Shown: positions 1 to 10,083 of the stretch, one piece after another | Numbering within the stretch: the stretch's first letter is position 1 | How the letters are laid out: each line of letters opens with the position of its first letter | DNA from: Bdellovibrionota bacterium FG-1 | GTDB lineage: Bacteria; Bdellovibrionota; UBA1018 | Assembly (NCBI GenBank): GCA_051382295.1 | Contig: JBBCAW010000012.1 | Coordinates: 1-64,000, forward strand | Direction: 5' to 3' | Length of the DNA: 64,000 bases | Position numbers and translations under genes: made by a program | Notes under the pieces: model-generated | Database searches by the model: none | Seen by the model: only the letters and a program-made list of their open reading frames with translations | What the model was told of the DNA's origin: nothing

Positions 1-72
1 ACTTCGAGCCGCGTTCAGACTCAGATCATGGGCTTCACTTTGGGCGATAGCATGGCGAGCACGGGCTGGCAT
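1..72 (-). CDS. 5' end of an unknown gene running off the left edge (MPARARHAIAQSEAHDLSLNAARS...)
   Basis: ATG at 72 on the minus strand, open to position 1; AAGGAGG RBS at 84-90; extended -10-like TGGTATGCT at 98-106 (minus). Confidence 0.5.
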   Translation of the reverse strand, partial: MPARARHAIAQSEAHDLSLNAARS

Positions 73-106
73 ATTTTGGCGAGCCTCCTTGAGCACTAGC
101 ATACCA

Positions 107-166
107 AAACACCACAATAAACACCACTGAAATGACCACTTTAAAAACTACATCAAAAACCACGCC
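107..166. repeat. Five tandem 12-bp units with an AC(C/T)AC core
   Basis: Cores at 111, 123, 135, 147 and 159, an exact 12-bp period: aaacACCACaat, aaacACCACtga, aatgACCACttt, aaaaACTACatc, aaaaACCACgcc. Confidence 0.8.
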
Positions 167-214
167 CCACAGCCCGGTTTCGCCCAAGAGCTCAGCTCGA
201 TTTAGAGCTGAAAA

Positions 215-295
215 CTGTAGCTGTACTGTAGCTGGAGCATAGTAAGTCGAACGTCGGTTTCACGTCATTTCAACGACTTAGCGACGCTGTAGCTG
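215..295. repeat. Three CTGTAGCTG direct repeats plus an IHF-like site; probable integrase arm region
   Basis: CTGTAGCTG at 215-223, 226-234 and 287-295; TTTCAACGACTTA (268-280) has 1 mismatch to WATCAANNNNTTR; TAAGTCG/CGACTTA inverted repeat at 243-249/274-280. Confidence 0.55.
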
Positions 296-399
296 ACGTC
301 AAAAATGGTCAGGAAAAAAGAGGGGCTGATTTTATTTGTTGTTTAATTACGATTAGTTACGACGATAAATCTCGCGCGTTAAATAGCGGGGACGCCTTC

Positions 400-438
400 T
401 CCTAAGACCAGCGTGTCTACCAATTCCACCACGCGAGC
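400..438 (-). pseudogene. 5' half of tRNA-Leu(UAG), truncated at the end of the anticodon loop
   Basis: Minus strand reads GCTCGCG TG GTGG AATTGGTAGA CAC G CTGGT CTTAGGA; the expected ACCAG stem and a T-arm do not follow. Confidence 0.85.
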
Positions 439-485
439 ACTGTTTGATTTACTAAACCATTTCGGTGATTTGGGCAACGTGAGTT

Positions 486-2768
486 TTAAGCCGCCTTAGG
501 TGGGGCAGTCCCGGCTGGTCCCCCGCCCTTGGCCCCCGCTTTATTGGAAGCTTTGAGAGTCTTGAGTTCATTATTGATTTTATTGTTCTCCGCCGAAAGC
601 CGTAACTGCTCCTTCTGTGTTTCTTCAAGTTTGACAGCGAGTCTTTCGGCTTCTCTCTGATGGGTAGCGATGGCTTTTTGGGAGCTGTCGAGCTTCTTTT
701 TAAGATCTTCGACGCTTCCCGCTCCGGTGCGCTCACGCTTCACTTCAGTGAGTTTATCGGAAAGGATTTGATTCATTTTCTTTAGCTCTTCGGTTTGTTT
801 GACTGCGCGGTCACATTTTGTTTGAAGCGCGAGCACATCGAGTGGCACCGTTTCACGTTTTCCACTTCCGCCTCCACGACTTGAGAGTTCGACCTTCATT
901 TCCTCGATTTTTTCCTTGAGTTTGGCGTTATCGAGTTTCGAAATTTTTAAGACTTTTTCGGCCTGTGTGAGCCGTTGCTTCGTGATGAGGTCCTGGGGGC
1001 TTGGTCCTGCCTTGCCGCTCTTGTAGTCATCAGCTGCTTTGCTGACTTGCACGACTTGTTCTTTAGCCCGAGTGATCGCGTGGTTCTTTTGTTTGATAAT
1101 TTCTTCTCTTCGCCGGATTTCCTTGAGTAATGTTTGTTCTTTGTTGCGGAATTCAATTTCTTTCTGACGAACCGAGGCGTTAAGTTTTTTGGCCGATTCG
1201 AGAAGTTTAGCTTTCTCGGCGACCAGTTCAGACATCAATCCGTCAGCCCAGCGTTTAGCCTTAGGATCGGCCATTTCATCCAGGTCGGCTTTGGTCTTAT
1301 CGACAGATTGATCTATGCCCGTGGAAATCTCGGTTTCGAGTTCGTCACCCGCTTTTACGACTTCTTCGGTGGAGACTTCTTGAACGTCTGGAGCTTTGAG
1401 TTCCTTTTCTTCATCAATTTCGTCGTCATAGTCATTGAAGGCCTCGCTTCCGTCCGAATCCTCCTCATCTCCGTCTTCTTTCTCGGGCTCTTTTTTCTTT
1501 TTCGGTTTGGCTGAATGACGGTTTTTCTTGGCCTTGTGTTCTTGCTGTTCTTCGTCCTCCTCTTGTTCTTCTTCGCTCTCGTCAGCGGCTTCGTCCTCTT
1601 CTTGTTCTTCTTGTTCTTGTTCTTCTTTTTGTTTAAAGGGCCAGGCACTCTTAAGTTTGCCAAAGATTCCGCCTCTGCGTTCAGAGTCCTCATCTTCCTC
1701 ATTCTCATCTTCTTCCTCTTCACTTTCGTCCTCGGGTTGCTCTTCAGGCGCCTCTGCCAGTGAAAATTCGTCAGGATTATCCCCGCTGAAGCGTTTCATC
1801 TTGGCCAGTTTTTCGGCAAAACCAGGATCGTCTTCTCGAAGTTCCACGCTATTCACGTGTCGGAGGTCCATGCCGGATCCGTCACTTGTCCCGTCGCCGT
1901 GATCTCCCCCAGAAACTCGGATACTCGAATGATCAGATAATTGAGGTCCCCCTCTAACGTGAGTCGCCTCGTCATTGGCCTCATCGGCTGAGCCGTGAAC
2001 TTTTTGGGACCATCGATCGGCATCTTCTTTTCGTCCGGCGACCCGAATCGCCTCGTCCAGATCCCTGGCGCCATGAACCAATACTTCCCCGGTTGAGGAG
2101 GTTGGCGTTTTCATTCCTGGGGCGTTGTCTTGGAGTAGCTGGGGATAGTCGAGATCTCCGAGTTCGATATAGGCTTCGACCTTGGGAGAGTCGGTCGCCT
2201 TGGATGCTTCAACGAGGACAATCTCGGGGAGCTGTTTTTGGGCAAGAGCAGATGGATCTATTTTGCCTGGTATTCCGAGCAAAGCCACTACTTCGATTCG
2301 GCGGATATCGAGCTGAGCGCGAATGACCAGTCCATCGGCTTGGGAATGAATTTCACGGAGGGTGGCTTCAAAAGCGTTTTCGGTGGTTCCTTGAGCAACA
2401 CGTTCAGAAAGTCCCTCGAGCTGAGGGAATTGTTGTTCAGACACCGTAAACGAAATCCCAATGCCGATTTTGTCTTCATCCACCCCGCATTCCACGACAA
2501 GTGGCTCGTCTAAGCGGTGTTTGGAGGCTTGTTCTGGGGTGGAGACTTTGGCACGAAAAACCTCAAAAGAGCCGAAGAGCAGGAGCGCCCGCAACCGCAG
2601 TTCGTCGAGATTTTCCGCTTGGAGTCGGGCTGAAATTAAATCAGATATACGGCCGATATGCCGCGTGCTGAACAAGCTGCAATAAAAGATCTTGCTCTGG
2701 TCACTCAAAAGACCGGCTACGCCGAAACTGTCCAATGCGCGAGGAGGTGTCTTGCCGAAACTATACAT
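486..2768 (-). CDS. Large hypothetical protein with acidic low-complexity middle and C-terminal coiled coil
   Basis: ORF 486-2819; likely ATG at 2768 overlapping the upstream stop; long E/D-rich tracts followed by heptad-rich helical C-terminus. Confidence 0.8.
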   Translation of the reverse strand: MYSFGKTPPRALDSFGVAGLLSDQSKIFYCSLFSTRHIGRISDLISARLQAENLDELRLRALLLFGSFEVFRAKVSTPEQASKHRLDEPLVVECGVDEDKIGIGISFTVSEQQFPQLEGLSERVAQGTTENAFEATLREIHSQADGLVIRAQLDIRRIEVVALLGIPGKIDPSALAQKQLPEIVLVEASKATDSPKVEAYIELGDLDYPQLLQDNAPGMKTPTSSTGEVLVHGARDLDEAIRVAGRKEDADRWSQKVHGSADEANDEATHVRGGPQLSDHSSIRVSGGDHGDGTSDGSGMDLRHVNSVELREDDPGFAEKLAKMKRFSGDNPDEFSLAEAPEEQPEDESEEEEDENEEDEDSERRGGIFGKLKSAWPFKQKEEQEQEEQEEDEAADESEEEQEEDEEQQEHKAKKNRHSAKPKKKKEPEKEDGDEEDSDGSEAFNDYDDEIDEEKELKAPDVQEVSTEEVVKAGDELETEISTGIDQSVDKTKADLDEMADPKAKRWADGLMSELVAEKAKLLESAKKLNASVRQKEIEFRNKEQTLLKEIRRREEIIKQKNHAITRAKEQVVQVSKAADDYKSGKAGPSPQDLITKQRLTQAEKVLKISKLDNAKLKEKIEEMKVELSSRGGGSGKRETVPLDVLALQTKCDRAVKQTEELKKMNQILSDKLTEVKRERTGAGSVEDLKKKLDSSQKAIATHQREAERLAVKLEETQKEQLRLSAENNKINNELKTLKASNKAGAKGGGPAGTAPPKAA

Positions 2769-3630
2769 CGACAAACCCCCTCTCCCCAAAAATGGTAGCA
2801 ACGGGTTGGGCCGTCGCAATCATCCCCTGAACACGTTGCAGTCGGGTGGTTAGTTTTTGGGCGGCGCGTCCCGAATGCCTTGCAAAAAGTTCGCCCTGAA
2901 TCGCGGCGCGAGGATCAGCTTGAAGCGAGGCAAAGACAATCTCGACGAGCTCGTCAACCTCGCCCTGAGAACGTGGCATCGCAGGTCGTGACAGGGATTC
3001 TTCGAAAACCCGGGTGCGAATGGCATTTAGAAATTCCCAATTGCAATAACCTAAATGGAGGGCCAAAAAGACCGCCCACCCCGAACGTAAAAGTCCTTGT
3101 TCGTAAGCGAGGACATCGCGATCCCTCGCCTTTTTGAGCACCTCTTGCGGCAGGGGCTCGCAAAGTTCATTGGCAAAAATAGCGGCAAAAAAGGGTTCGA
3201 TCACTTCGCCCTCTCCCCAAAGGGGCCCAAGCATTCGCAACACTGCATCCGATATTTCGTAGGGCGCGGGCGGGAGCTGGTCTTCACCATCTTTGACAGG
3301 CGTCCAGTTGAGGAGCATTCGCATTTGCCTTGCGGTGTCTCGAAAAGGCAAGGCTGTGTCCACACAAGCGGGAAGAAAAAAAGATTCAAAGGACTTAAAG
3401 CGATCGAGTTCTTCAGGGGTAAAGAAATCTAGAGGGCCCTTGATTGAAACAAACTTTTCGTTCACTCGCATAAACACATAAACGGGCGCCAACATGAGCG
3501 CGTACGGTTGAACCGACGCGACCGGGCAGATTCTCAAATTGAGTGCCGCCTCTTTGGGCAGCTTTCTTCGAGTGAAGTCCATATTTTGTTCAGGGAGCAC
3601 ATGACTCCCCTTAATAGGCTTTTCGGTCAA
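2761..3630 (-). CDS. Hypothetical protein, 289 aa
   Basis: Long ORF translationally coupled to the downstream gene; no family recognised with confidence. Confidence 0.75.
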   Translation of the reverse strand: MTEKPIKGSHVLPEQNMDFTRRKLPKEAALNLRICPVASVQPYALMLAPVYVFMRVNEKFVSIKGPLDFFTPEELDRFKSFESFFLPACVDTALPFRDTARQMRMLLNWTPVKDGEDQLPPAPYEISDAVLRMLGPLWGEGEVIEPFFAAIFANELCEPLPQEVLKKARDRDVLAYEQGLLRSGWAVFLALHLGYCNWEFLNAIRTRVFEESLSRPAMPRSQGEVDELVEIVFASLQADPRAAIQGELFARHSGRAAQKLTTRLQRVQGMIATAQPVATIFGERGFVDV

Positions 3631-3679
3631 ACTTCGATTTGAGATGAGTTTCAGAACAAAAAAAAGGACTTAGCTGAGA

Positions 3680-4672
3680 TTATTTCTTCGATTGTGGATA
3701 ATGACACGATACGTCATGACATGAGTCCGAGGATGCTGCCAGGTTTCTGAGATGAGGTGCTTCTACTCTGCATTTATCTTGTGAAATCGGGCATCTAGGG
3801 TGGAAATAACATCCACTCGGGGGGTTGATGGGTGAAGGTACATCTCCGCGCAAGATGATGCGTTCCTTATGATAGGTGGGGTCCGGCAAAGGAATGGCGG
3901 ACAGCAACGCCCTGGTATAGGGGTGTTTAGGATCAGTATAGATATCTTCGCCGCTCGCCATCTCCGCAATTTTGCCTAAATACATGACCGCTACTCGGCT
4001 GGAGATGTGCTCCACGACCTTAAGGTCGTGTGCAATAAACAGATAGGTGAGGCCGAGCTCTTTTTGAAGGTCCTGCATGAGATTGATGATTTGCGCCTGA
4101 ATGGAAACGTCCAACGCTGACACGGGTTCGTCGCAAACAATAAATTCAGGTTCAACGGCAAGGGCGCGAGCAATACAAATTCGTTGACGTTGTCCTCCCG
4201 AAAATTCGTGTGGGTAACGGCCAATGGTCTCGCGCCTCAGGCCGCATAGATCTAAAAGTTGAATAATCCGCTCTCGTCGAGCGTGTTTGTCAGGGGTGAG
4301 TCGATGAATGTCCAGCGGTTCACCCAAAATTTCTTCAACGGTCATTCGCGGATTCAGGGAGGCGTAGGGATCCTGAAAAATGATCTGCATATGACGCCGG
4401 AGCCCGCGAAGCTCCTTGGCGCCAAGCTGGGTGATGTTCTGTCCTTTAAAAAAAATCTCTCCACTGGTCGGCTCAATTAAACGCAAAATACAGCGTCCCA
4501 GCGTCGACTTTCCGCAACCTGATTCCCCGACTAATCCTAAAGTCTCGCCCTTACAAATATCAAAAGAAACGCCCGAGACTGCTTGGACGTTTGCCACTTC
4601 CCGCCCCAAGATCCCGCCCTTAATTGAAAACTGTCTAACGAGGTTGCGCACTGATAATAATATTTCACTCAT
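3680..4672 (-). CDS. oppF: Oligo/dipeptide ABC transporter ATP-binding protein (OppF/DppF)
   Basis: Walker [27 protein letters not shown]-terminal HPYT and CxFHPRC motifs. Confidence 0.95.
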   Translation of the reverse strand: MSEILLSVRNLVRQFSIKGGILGREVANVQAVSGVSFDICKGETLGLVGESGCGKSTLGRCILRLIEPTSGEIFFKGQNITQLGAKELRGLRRHMQIIFQDPYASLNPRMTVEEILGEPLDIHRLTPDKHARRERIIQLLDLCGLRRETIGRYPHEFSGGQRQRICIARALAVEPEFIVCDEPVSALDVSIQAQIINLMQDLQKELGLTYLFIAHDLKVVEHISSRVAVMYLGKIAEMASGEDIYTDPKHPYTRALLSAIPLPDPTYHKERIILRGDVPSPINPPSGCYFHPRCPISQDKCRVEAPHLRNLAASSDSCHDVSCHYPQSKK

Positions 4673-4673
4673 T

Positions 4674-5696
4674 TCAGATATCCCTCACGCAACGAATCGC
4701 ATGAGGAAGGTCCTGATTCTCAGTCTTCTGTGCGATATTTCTCAATTCTGGTTCGGCTTGTCGGCAGACGTCCATCACAAATGAACAGCGTTCTTGAAAG
4801 CGACATCCCTTTGGTAAATGAAGCAAGTTGGGCACAATCCCAGGAATCGTTTCAAGACGGTTTTTCTTGATCCGGCCAGTGGGATCTTGGCTGAGCGTGG
4901 GAATACTGTTGAGGAGCCCCCGAGTATAGGGCATTTTTGGATTGGCAAAAATCTCTCGTACATTCCCCTGTTCAACGATGTTGCCCGCGTACATGACAAC
5001 CACCTCATCGGCCATTTCAGCGATCACCCCTAGGTCATGGGTAATCAGGATCAAGGCCAAGCCCACCTTGGCCTGTAAGTCCCGCAAAAGATCGAGGATT
5101 TGGGCTTGAATGGTCACGTCTAAGGCGGTGGTCGGCTCGTCGGCAATGAGAACTTGGGGGTTGCAGGATAAAGCCATCGCAATCATCACACGCTGGCGCA
5201 TGCCGCCGGAAAGCTGATGAGGATAGTCGTGGACTCGTTTTTCAGGTGAGGGAATGCCGACCAACTTAAGCATTTCCACCGCTTTATTGTGAACCTCACT
5301 TCTCGGTAAATCTTGATGGAGGGCGATCGCCTCGCGAATTTGATTGCCGATGGTAAAGACCGGATTCAATGAAGTCATCGGCTCCTGAAAAATCATCGAA
5401 ATCTCGTTGCCTCGAATCCGCCGCATCTCGGCTAAGTCGATTTGAGTGAGATCCTTGCCCTTATAGAGGATCTGTCCGCCCACAATTTTACCGGGAGGAT
5501 TCGGAATCAGGCGCATAATCGAGAGGCTGGTCACGCTTTTTCCACAGCCGCTTTCGCCGACAATTCCGAGGGTTTTGCCCTTGTAAACGTCAAAACTGAT
5601 TTGATCGACGGCCTTGACTTCGCCGTCCTCCGTGAAAAAGGAGGTCTTCAAGTTTTTGACTTCGAGGATTTTCTCTCGGATATTGGTTGTACCCAT
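4674..5696 (-). CDS. oppD: Oligo/dipeptide ABC transporter ATP-binding protein (OppD/DppD)
   Basis: [43 protein letters not shown]; start at ATG 5696 or GTG 5708. Confidence 0.95.
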   Translation of the reverse strand: MGTTNIREKILEVKNLKTSFFTEDGEVKAVDQISFDVYKGKTLGIVGESGCGKSVTSLSIMRLIPNPPGKIVGGQILYKGKDLTQIDLAEMRRIRGNEISMIFQEPMTSLNPVFTIGNQIREAIALHQDLPRSEVHNKAVEMLKLVGIPSPEKRVHDYPHQLSGGMRQRVMIAMALSCNPQVLIADEPTTALDVTIQAQILDLLRDLQAKVGLALILITHDLGVIAEMADEVVVMYAGNIVEQGNVREIFANPKMPYTRGLLNSIPTLSQDPTGRIKKNRLETIPGIVPNLLHLPKGCRFQERCSFVMDVCRQAEPELRNIAQKTENQDLPHAIRCVRDI

Positions 5697-5709
5697 TATT
5701 TTCCTCACC

Positions 5710-6588
5710 CTACTTGATTTTTGGGTCTAGCGCATCACGAAGTGAGTCGCCCAAAATGTTAAAGGCCAACACCACGAAAAACATCCCGGTGGTGGCGCCG
5801 GCCAGCTGCCACCAGACACCGCGGGATAGCTCAAGCTTGGCATCGTCAATCATCACACCCCAACTGGGCTGCCCCTGAACCCCTAAACCTAAAAATGAAA
5901 GAATCACTTCGGCTTTAATGGCTGAAACAAACTGAATTGAAAGATTGATGATCACAAAATGAGAAACATTCGGAAAAATATGTTTAAAGATTCTAGAAAA
6001 ATGCGAAGCCCCCAGTCCATTAGCCGCCACCACGTAGTCACGACTTTTATGCTTGATGAATTCTCCGCGCATCACGCGGGCTAAACTTACCCAGGAGGTT
6101 ACTCCTAGCGCGACATAAATCGCAGTGATGCCTTTTCCCATAATGAAGGTGATTGCGATGAGCAACATGATATTAGGAATGGAAGAAAGCGTCGTGTAAA
6201 ACCAAACCACTAGATCGTCGATCCAGCCGCCAAAATACCCCGATATCGCCCCTAAAAAAATACCGATCGGCATGCTGATCAACGAAGAAACTAATCCCAC
6301 GCTCATAGCGATTCGGGTGCCATGAATCACTTTGTAAAAGACACTGCGTCCGAAGATGTCGGTTCCAAGAATCATTTTTAACGATTCGGTCGACGGGGGA
6401 AGGTAGGCCGCACCGATGGTTTGGTCCCAGAGCCTCGCAATCAAACCCACCTTGGCCATGAGCGCAACCCATGCGTACACCATGACGATCAAGATACAAA
6501 TGACCGCTATTTTATCCCTCTTGATCCGATGAAAGGCATCAATCCAAAGACTTCGGCTTGCGGGGATTGTTTGGTCTTGGGTTGTCAT
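5710..6588 (-). CDS. oppC: Peptide ABC transporter permease (OppC/DppC)
   Basis: [11 protein letters not shown]-like loop, [21 protein letters not shown] overlap with oppB. Confidence 0.93.
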   Translation of the reverse strand: MTTQDQTIPASRSLWIDAFHRIKRDKIAVICILIVMVYAWVALMAKVGLIARLWDQTIGAAYLPPSTESLKMILGTDIFGRSVFYKVIHGTRIAMSVGLVSSLISMPIGIFLGAISGYFGGWIDDLVVWFYTTLSSIPNIMLLIAITFIMGKGITAIYVALGVTSWVSLARVMRGEFIKHKSRDYVVAANGLGASHFSRIFKHIFPNVSHFVIINLSIQFVSAIKAEVILSFLGLGVQGQPSWGVMIDDAKLELSRGVWWQLAGATTGMFFVVLAFNILGDSLRDALDPKIK

Positions 6589-7520
6589 TTTAAACTCACC
6601 CTCGGATCTACCCAAGTATAGAGGATGTCGGTCGCCAAGTTTCCTAATATAAAAAGGAGTGCTTGCAGAGTGGTCATGGCCTTGATGACCGGAAAATCAC
6701 TGTTATGGACGGCATCGATCGTGATGCTTCCGAGGCCAGGTATTCCAAAAAAACTTTCGAGTAAAAACGCCCCTAAGACCAAGAGGGGGATTTCAACCAC
6801 GACATTGGTTAGAATGGGAACCATGCTGTTTTTGAGGACATGCTTAAGAAAAATCCTAGGTTCAGTGAGCCCCTTGGCTCGCGCCGTACGAACATAGTCT
6901 TGGTTCACTTCTTCGAGAACCGCGGTCCGATAAAAACGAACATCGTAGCCTAAGCTCACGGCCACGAAAATGAGCATGGGTAACAATACAAACTGAAATC
7001 GTTCGGGCCAGCCGTCTTCAAAACCTGAAATCGGAAATAACCCCATTTTATAGGCTAAAAAATATTGTCCAAAAAGAATATAGGCTAGCATCGGCAAACT
7101 CATGCCAAAAACGCAAAAAATAACGGCAATCCGATCGATCGCCTTGCCTCGAAAGTAAGCCACGAGGAGGCCAATCATGATCGCGAGCAGGGTGGTAAGA
7201 AAGAAGGCGGGAAGGGTGAGGGTCAGCGAAGGTCCTATGCCGCCGGCGATCATATCGCTGATTTTTTGTTTGGTCGAAAAACTCCGGCCGTAATCAAAAG
7301 TTACGATTTGTTTGAGGTACTGGGCGAATTGAACTGGTTTGGGCTGGTCGAAGCCGTATTCGCGTCGAATTTCATCGAGTTGGCGCTGGGTTGCATGGCG
7401 CCCGACCATTTGGTAGGTGGGGTCGCCGCCAATCATGTTGAAGAGAATAAAAATAATGAGCGCGACGCCCAGGATGGTCGGAATGGTGTTCAAAATCTTG
7501 CGAACGATATAGACGAACAT
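6585..7520 (-). CDS. oppB: Peptide ABC transporter permease (OppB/DppB)
   Basis: DYVRTARAKGL, ESFFGIPGLG, DILYTWVDPRV. Confidence 0.93.
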   Translation of the reverse strand: MFVYIVRKILNTIPTILGVALIIFILFNMIGGDPTYQMVGRHATQRQLDEIRREYGFDQPKPVQFAQYLKQIVTFDYGRSFSTKQKISDMIAGGIGPSLTLTLPAFFLTTLLAIMIGLLVAYFRGKAIDRIAVIFCVFGMSLPMLAYILFGQYFLAYKMGLFPISGFEDGWPERFQFVLLPMLIFVAVSLGYDVRFYRTAVLEEVNQDYVRTARAKGLTEPRIFLKHVLKNSMVPILTNVVVEIPLLVLGAFLLESFFGIPGLGSITIDAVHNSDFPVIKAMTTLQALLFILGNLATDILYTWVDPRVSLK

Positions 7521-7529
7521 CGGTTGCCC

Positions 7530-9305
7530 CTATTTCCTTTTGGTGGCTTCCGCGACATCAATTCGCAGATATTTGGTACGTCCGACGTCAAAATCACGCG
7601 GCTTGAAATTTTTGACCCAAGGTTGCACTAAAGCAGAGCCGATGCGATGAGCATGGAAAATCCAGGGGCAGTCCTCGATCACGATTTGCACCATCTTTTT
7701 GTAAAGAGCGGTTCGCTCAGGTGAGTCTAGCAGAGTGAGCGAGCTTTCGTAAAGCTTATCAAATTCAGGGTTTGAATAACTGGCGTCGTTGGAGCCCGGT
7801 GAGACATTTTTACTGTAAAAGAGCTGCAAAAAATTTTCGGCGTCTGGGTAGTCGGCTGACCAGGCGTATAGCCACATTTGGCCCCGTCTATTTTTGATGG
7901 CTGTTTGAAATTCGGGCCACGAATAGCTGTTGATCTTGAGTCTAATGCCGATGGCCGCAAATTGCTTTTGGTCATATTCCGCCGACTGCCTGTTGGTACT
8001 ATCGGCTTGGGCCAGATATTCGATGGGAGGGAGTCCTTTTCCATTTGGATAACCCGCTTTGGCGAGAAGTTCTTTAGCTTTGACGATATTGGTCTGACGG
8101 TAGGGATTTTTAATGTTTTCGTCGTAGCCGGGGATGCCGGGGGGGATTGGCCCTTGCGCCGGAATACCGCGACCATTCAGAAAAAGTTGAATTGAGGTTT
8201 CTGAATCATAGGCGAGGCTCAGGGCCTGGCGTAAAAGTTTGTTTTTTCCGAAGAGGGGGTCGGCCATATTGAAGGAGAGATGGGTGACATCATACTCAGG
8301 GAATTTCACGAGTTTGAGCTTCTTTGCCTTGTACTCCTCTTTTAATTCCTTGTTGGGGCCAATGACTTCCGCATAATTGTCTTTAGGAATAACCGCGTGA
8401 TCGAGTTTTCCGGATAAAAACGTCAACCACATGGGCTGCCGCTCTTCGAAGACTTGGACGACAATCTTGTCCAGAAAAGGAAGAGGCTTTCCCGCATCCT
8501 CGAGGAGGCCGGCAGTTGGGTCTGTGGTGTTGCCTTCCGAAGGATACAGATCTTTGCGATAAGTGGGATTACGCACCCAGATGATTTTGGAGGCACCATT
8601 AAATTCCTGGAGTCGAAAGGGGCCGGTACCCACTGCGTGAAACAAAAACTCCTTGTCGTAGGTTTCGATGGCTTCTCTGGGCACGACAAAAGAGAAGGGT
8701 TGGGTCAGATGAAACAAGAATTGCGCAGAGCGTCTGATGAGTTTAATTTGAAGTGTGTATCGGTCGAGAGCCTGGATTCCTTCCACTGGCTTGGCATAGT
8801 CTGCTTGCCCTGTTTTGATGGCCTCATCGTGCCACTGATTCAGTCCGACGATCTTGCCATCAAAAATCCACCAACCTTGTGAAATGGTTTTTGGGTCGGC
8901 CAAGCGTTTCCACGAATACACGAAGTCCTCAGAGGTGAGTTCGCGACCTTTGCCTCCCGTGTCTTTAAAGCAAGGATCATCCTGAAACAGGACTCCTTTT
9001 TTGATTTTGATCACGTACGTTGTGCCGTCCTCGCTCGCATGAGGCATAGACTCCGCAAGATTAGGGACCAGAACAAAGGGTCGTTTCAGGTAGTGATATT
9101 GGAGCAAACCTTCGTAAACGCGACTGATCTCAGTACTGGAGTAGATGTCGCTCGCCGCCGCGGGATCCAATCCTTTGATCTTGACGTCACTTCCGATGTG
9201 GAGGGTGTTGGGTGTTTCTGTTTTGATCGGGGTGCAACCTGAAGCCGTTGCCAGGCCGAGTCCAATGAATATCGAAGAAATAGCGAATAAACGAACCATG
9301 ATCAT
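7530..9305 (-). CDS. oppA: Peptide ABC transporter substrate-binding lipoprotein (family 5)
   Basis: Lipobox-like ASGC, LDPA, YEGL, VGTGPF, WxADYPD motifs. Confidence 0.92.
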   Translation of the reverse strand: MIMVRLFAISSIFIGLGLATASGCTPIKTETPNTLHIGSDVKIKGLDPAAASDIYSSTEISRVYEGLLQYHYLKRPFVLVPNLAESMPHASEDGTTYVIKIKKGVLFQDDPCFKDTGGKGRELTSEDFVYSWKRLADPKTISQGWWIFDGKIVGLNQWHDEAIKTGQADYAKPVEGIQALDRYTLQIKLIRRSAQFLFHLTQPFSFVVPREAIETYDKEFLFHAVGTGPFRLQEFNGASKIIWVRNPTYRKDLYPSEGNTTDPTAGLLEDAGKPLPFLDKIVVQVFEERQPMWLTFLSGKLDHAVIPKDNYAEVIGPNKELKEEYKAKKLKLVKFPEYDVTHLSFNMADPLFGKNKLLRQALSLAYDSETSIQLFLNGRGIPAQGPIPPGIPGYDENIKNPYRQTNIVKAKELLAKAGYPNGKGLPPIEYLAQADSTNRQSAEYDQKQFAAIGIRLKINSYSWPEFQTAIKNRRGQMWLYAWSADYPDAENFLQLFYSKNVSPGSNDASYSNPEFDKLYESSLTLLDSPERTALYKKMVQIVIEDCPWIFHAHRIGSALVQPWVKNFKPRDFDVGRTKYLRIDVAEATKRK

Positions 9306-9311
9306 ATTCTA

Positions 9312-10043
9312 TTACGGCAACATCTCGATTTGACGATCTCGCCAGCGAACTTTTACCTCGCCCTGAGCGCCTTTAGCTTCCCACTTTTTTGGACTCAGGG
9401 TTTTAGCCTCGGGATCTTCAAATTTAAAATCGACTGAAACCGGCCGGGTGTTGCCGAGATTCAATTTTTCCCAATGAAGGGATTCTGGCCAGGAAATCCC
9501 TTCGATCTTTTTAAAGCGAAAAACAAATTTCTCAGCTTGTCGATCGAGAGTGGCAGAAGTTTGAATCATCAGCTCGCCGTCCTTGCCGACCGAGAGGCCA
9601 GAGTCTTCGATGGCGCTGGGATCCGGACAAGGAATTCTTCCCAAGAACAGTGAATTGGCCCATTGAAGGGGGATGCCTCCCCAGGATGCCTCACCTTGCT
9701 CGGACTTTTCTTTGTGGTGCGGAACTTCAATTTTATAGTGTCGTCCATCAACTGAAATCACCGCTTCGGTGCCCCCCACGAGATTGGTGATTTCCATTTT
9801 GAGGTGTTCAGCGTTCGGTGCGTCGACGACGGCTGGAAATTGGCCGGAGGCTTCTTTGGAATGGGCCTTGAGCCAAACTGAACCCTTGGCTGAGCGTACG
9901 TGTTTCCCCGGAGAACAGGCTTGCGTTAAAAGTACACGGAGGGATGGCTCTGGTTTTGCGCCTTCTTGAATCGGGGCATGACTGCATCCTTCGAAAATGA
10001 GAAAAAAACCGAACAGCAACCAGGAGAAACTTACTTGTGTCAT
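9312..10043 (-). CDS. Lipoprotein, LolB/DUF4292-like
   Basis: Signal ending FEGC; beta-rich sequence with a 'LKMEITNLVGG' segment; sits directly after a TPR lipoprotein, as in the TPR-lolB arrangement. Confidence 0.55.
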   Translation of the reverse strand: MTQVSFSWLLFGFFLIFEGCSHAPIQEGAKPEPSLRVLLTQACSPGKHVRSAKGSVWLKAHSKEASGQFPAVVDAPNAEHLKMEITNLVGGTEAVISVDGRHYKIEVPHHKEKSEQGEASWGGIPLQWANSLFLGRIPCPDPSAIEDSGLSVGKDGELMIQTSATLDRQAEKFVFRFKKIEGISWPESLHWEKLNLGNTRPVSVDFKFEDPEAKTLSPKKWEAKGAQGEVKVRWRDRQIEMLP

Positions 10044-10083
10044 GTGTGTGCAAGTTTCTACGAATTTTAGCCCGCTGGCAATG

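Noticed and set aside
107..295. Possible CRISPR array
   Set aside because: Repeats are only 5-12 bp with no spacers of CRISPR length, and there are no cas genes in the window.
300..400. Group I intron in tRNA-Leu
   Set aside because: Known tRNA-Leu introns insert within the UAA anticodon. Here the break is after the loop, and no intron core or 3' exon is recognisable.
1134..1902. Ser/Phe/Leu-rich plus-strand ORFs and TCT/TCC repeats
   Set aside because: They are the reverse complement of the Glu/Asp-rich tract of the 486-2768 gene.
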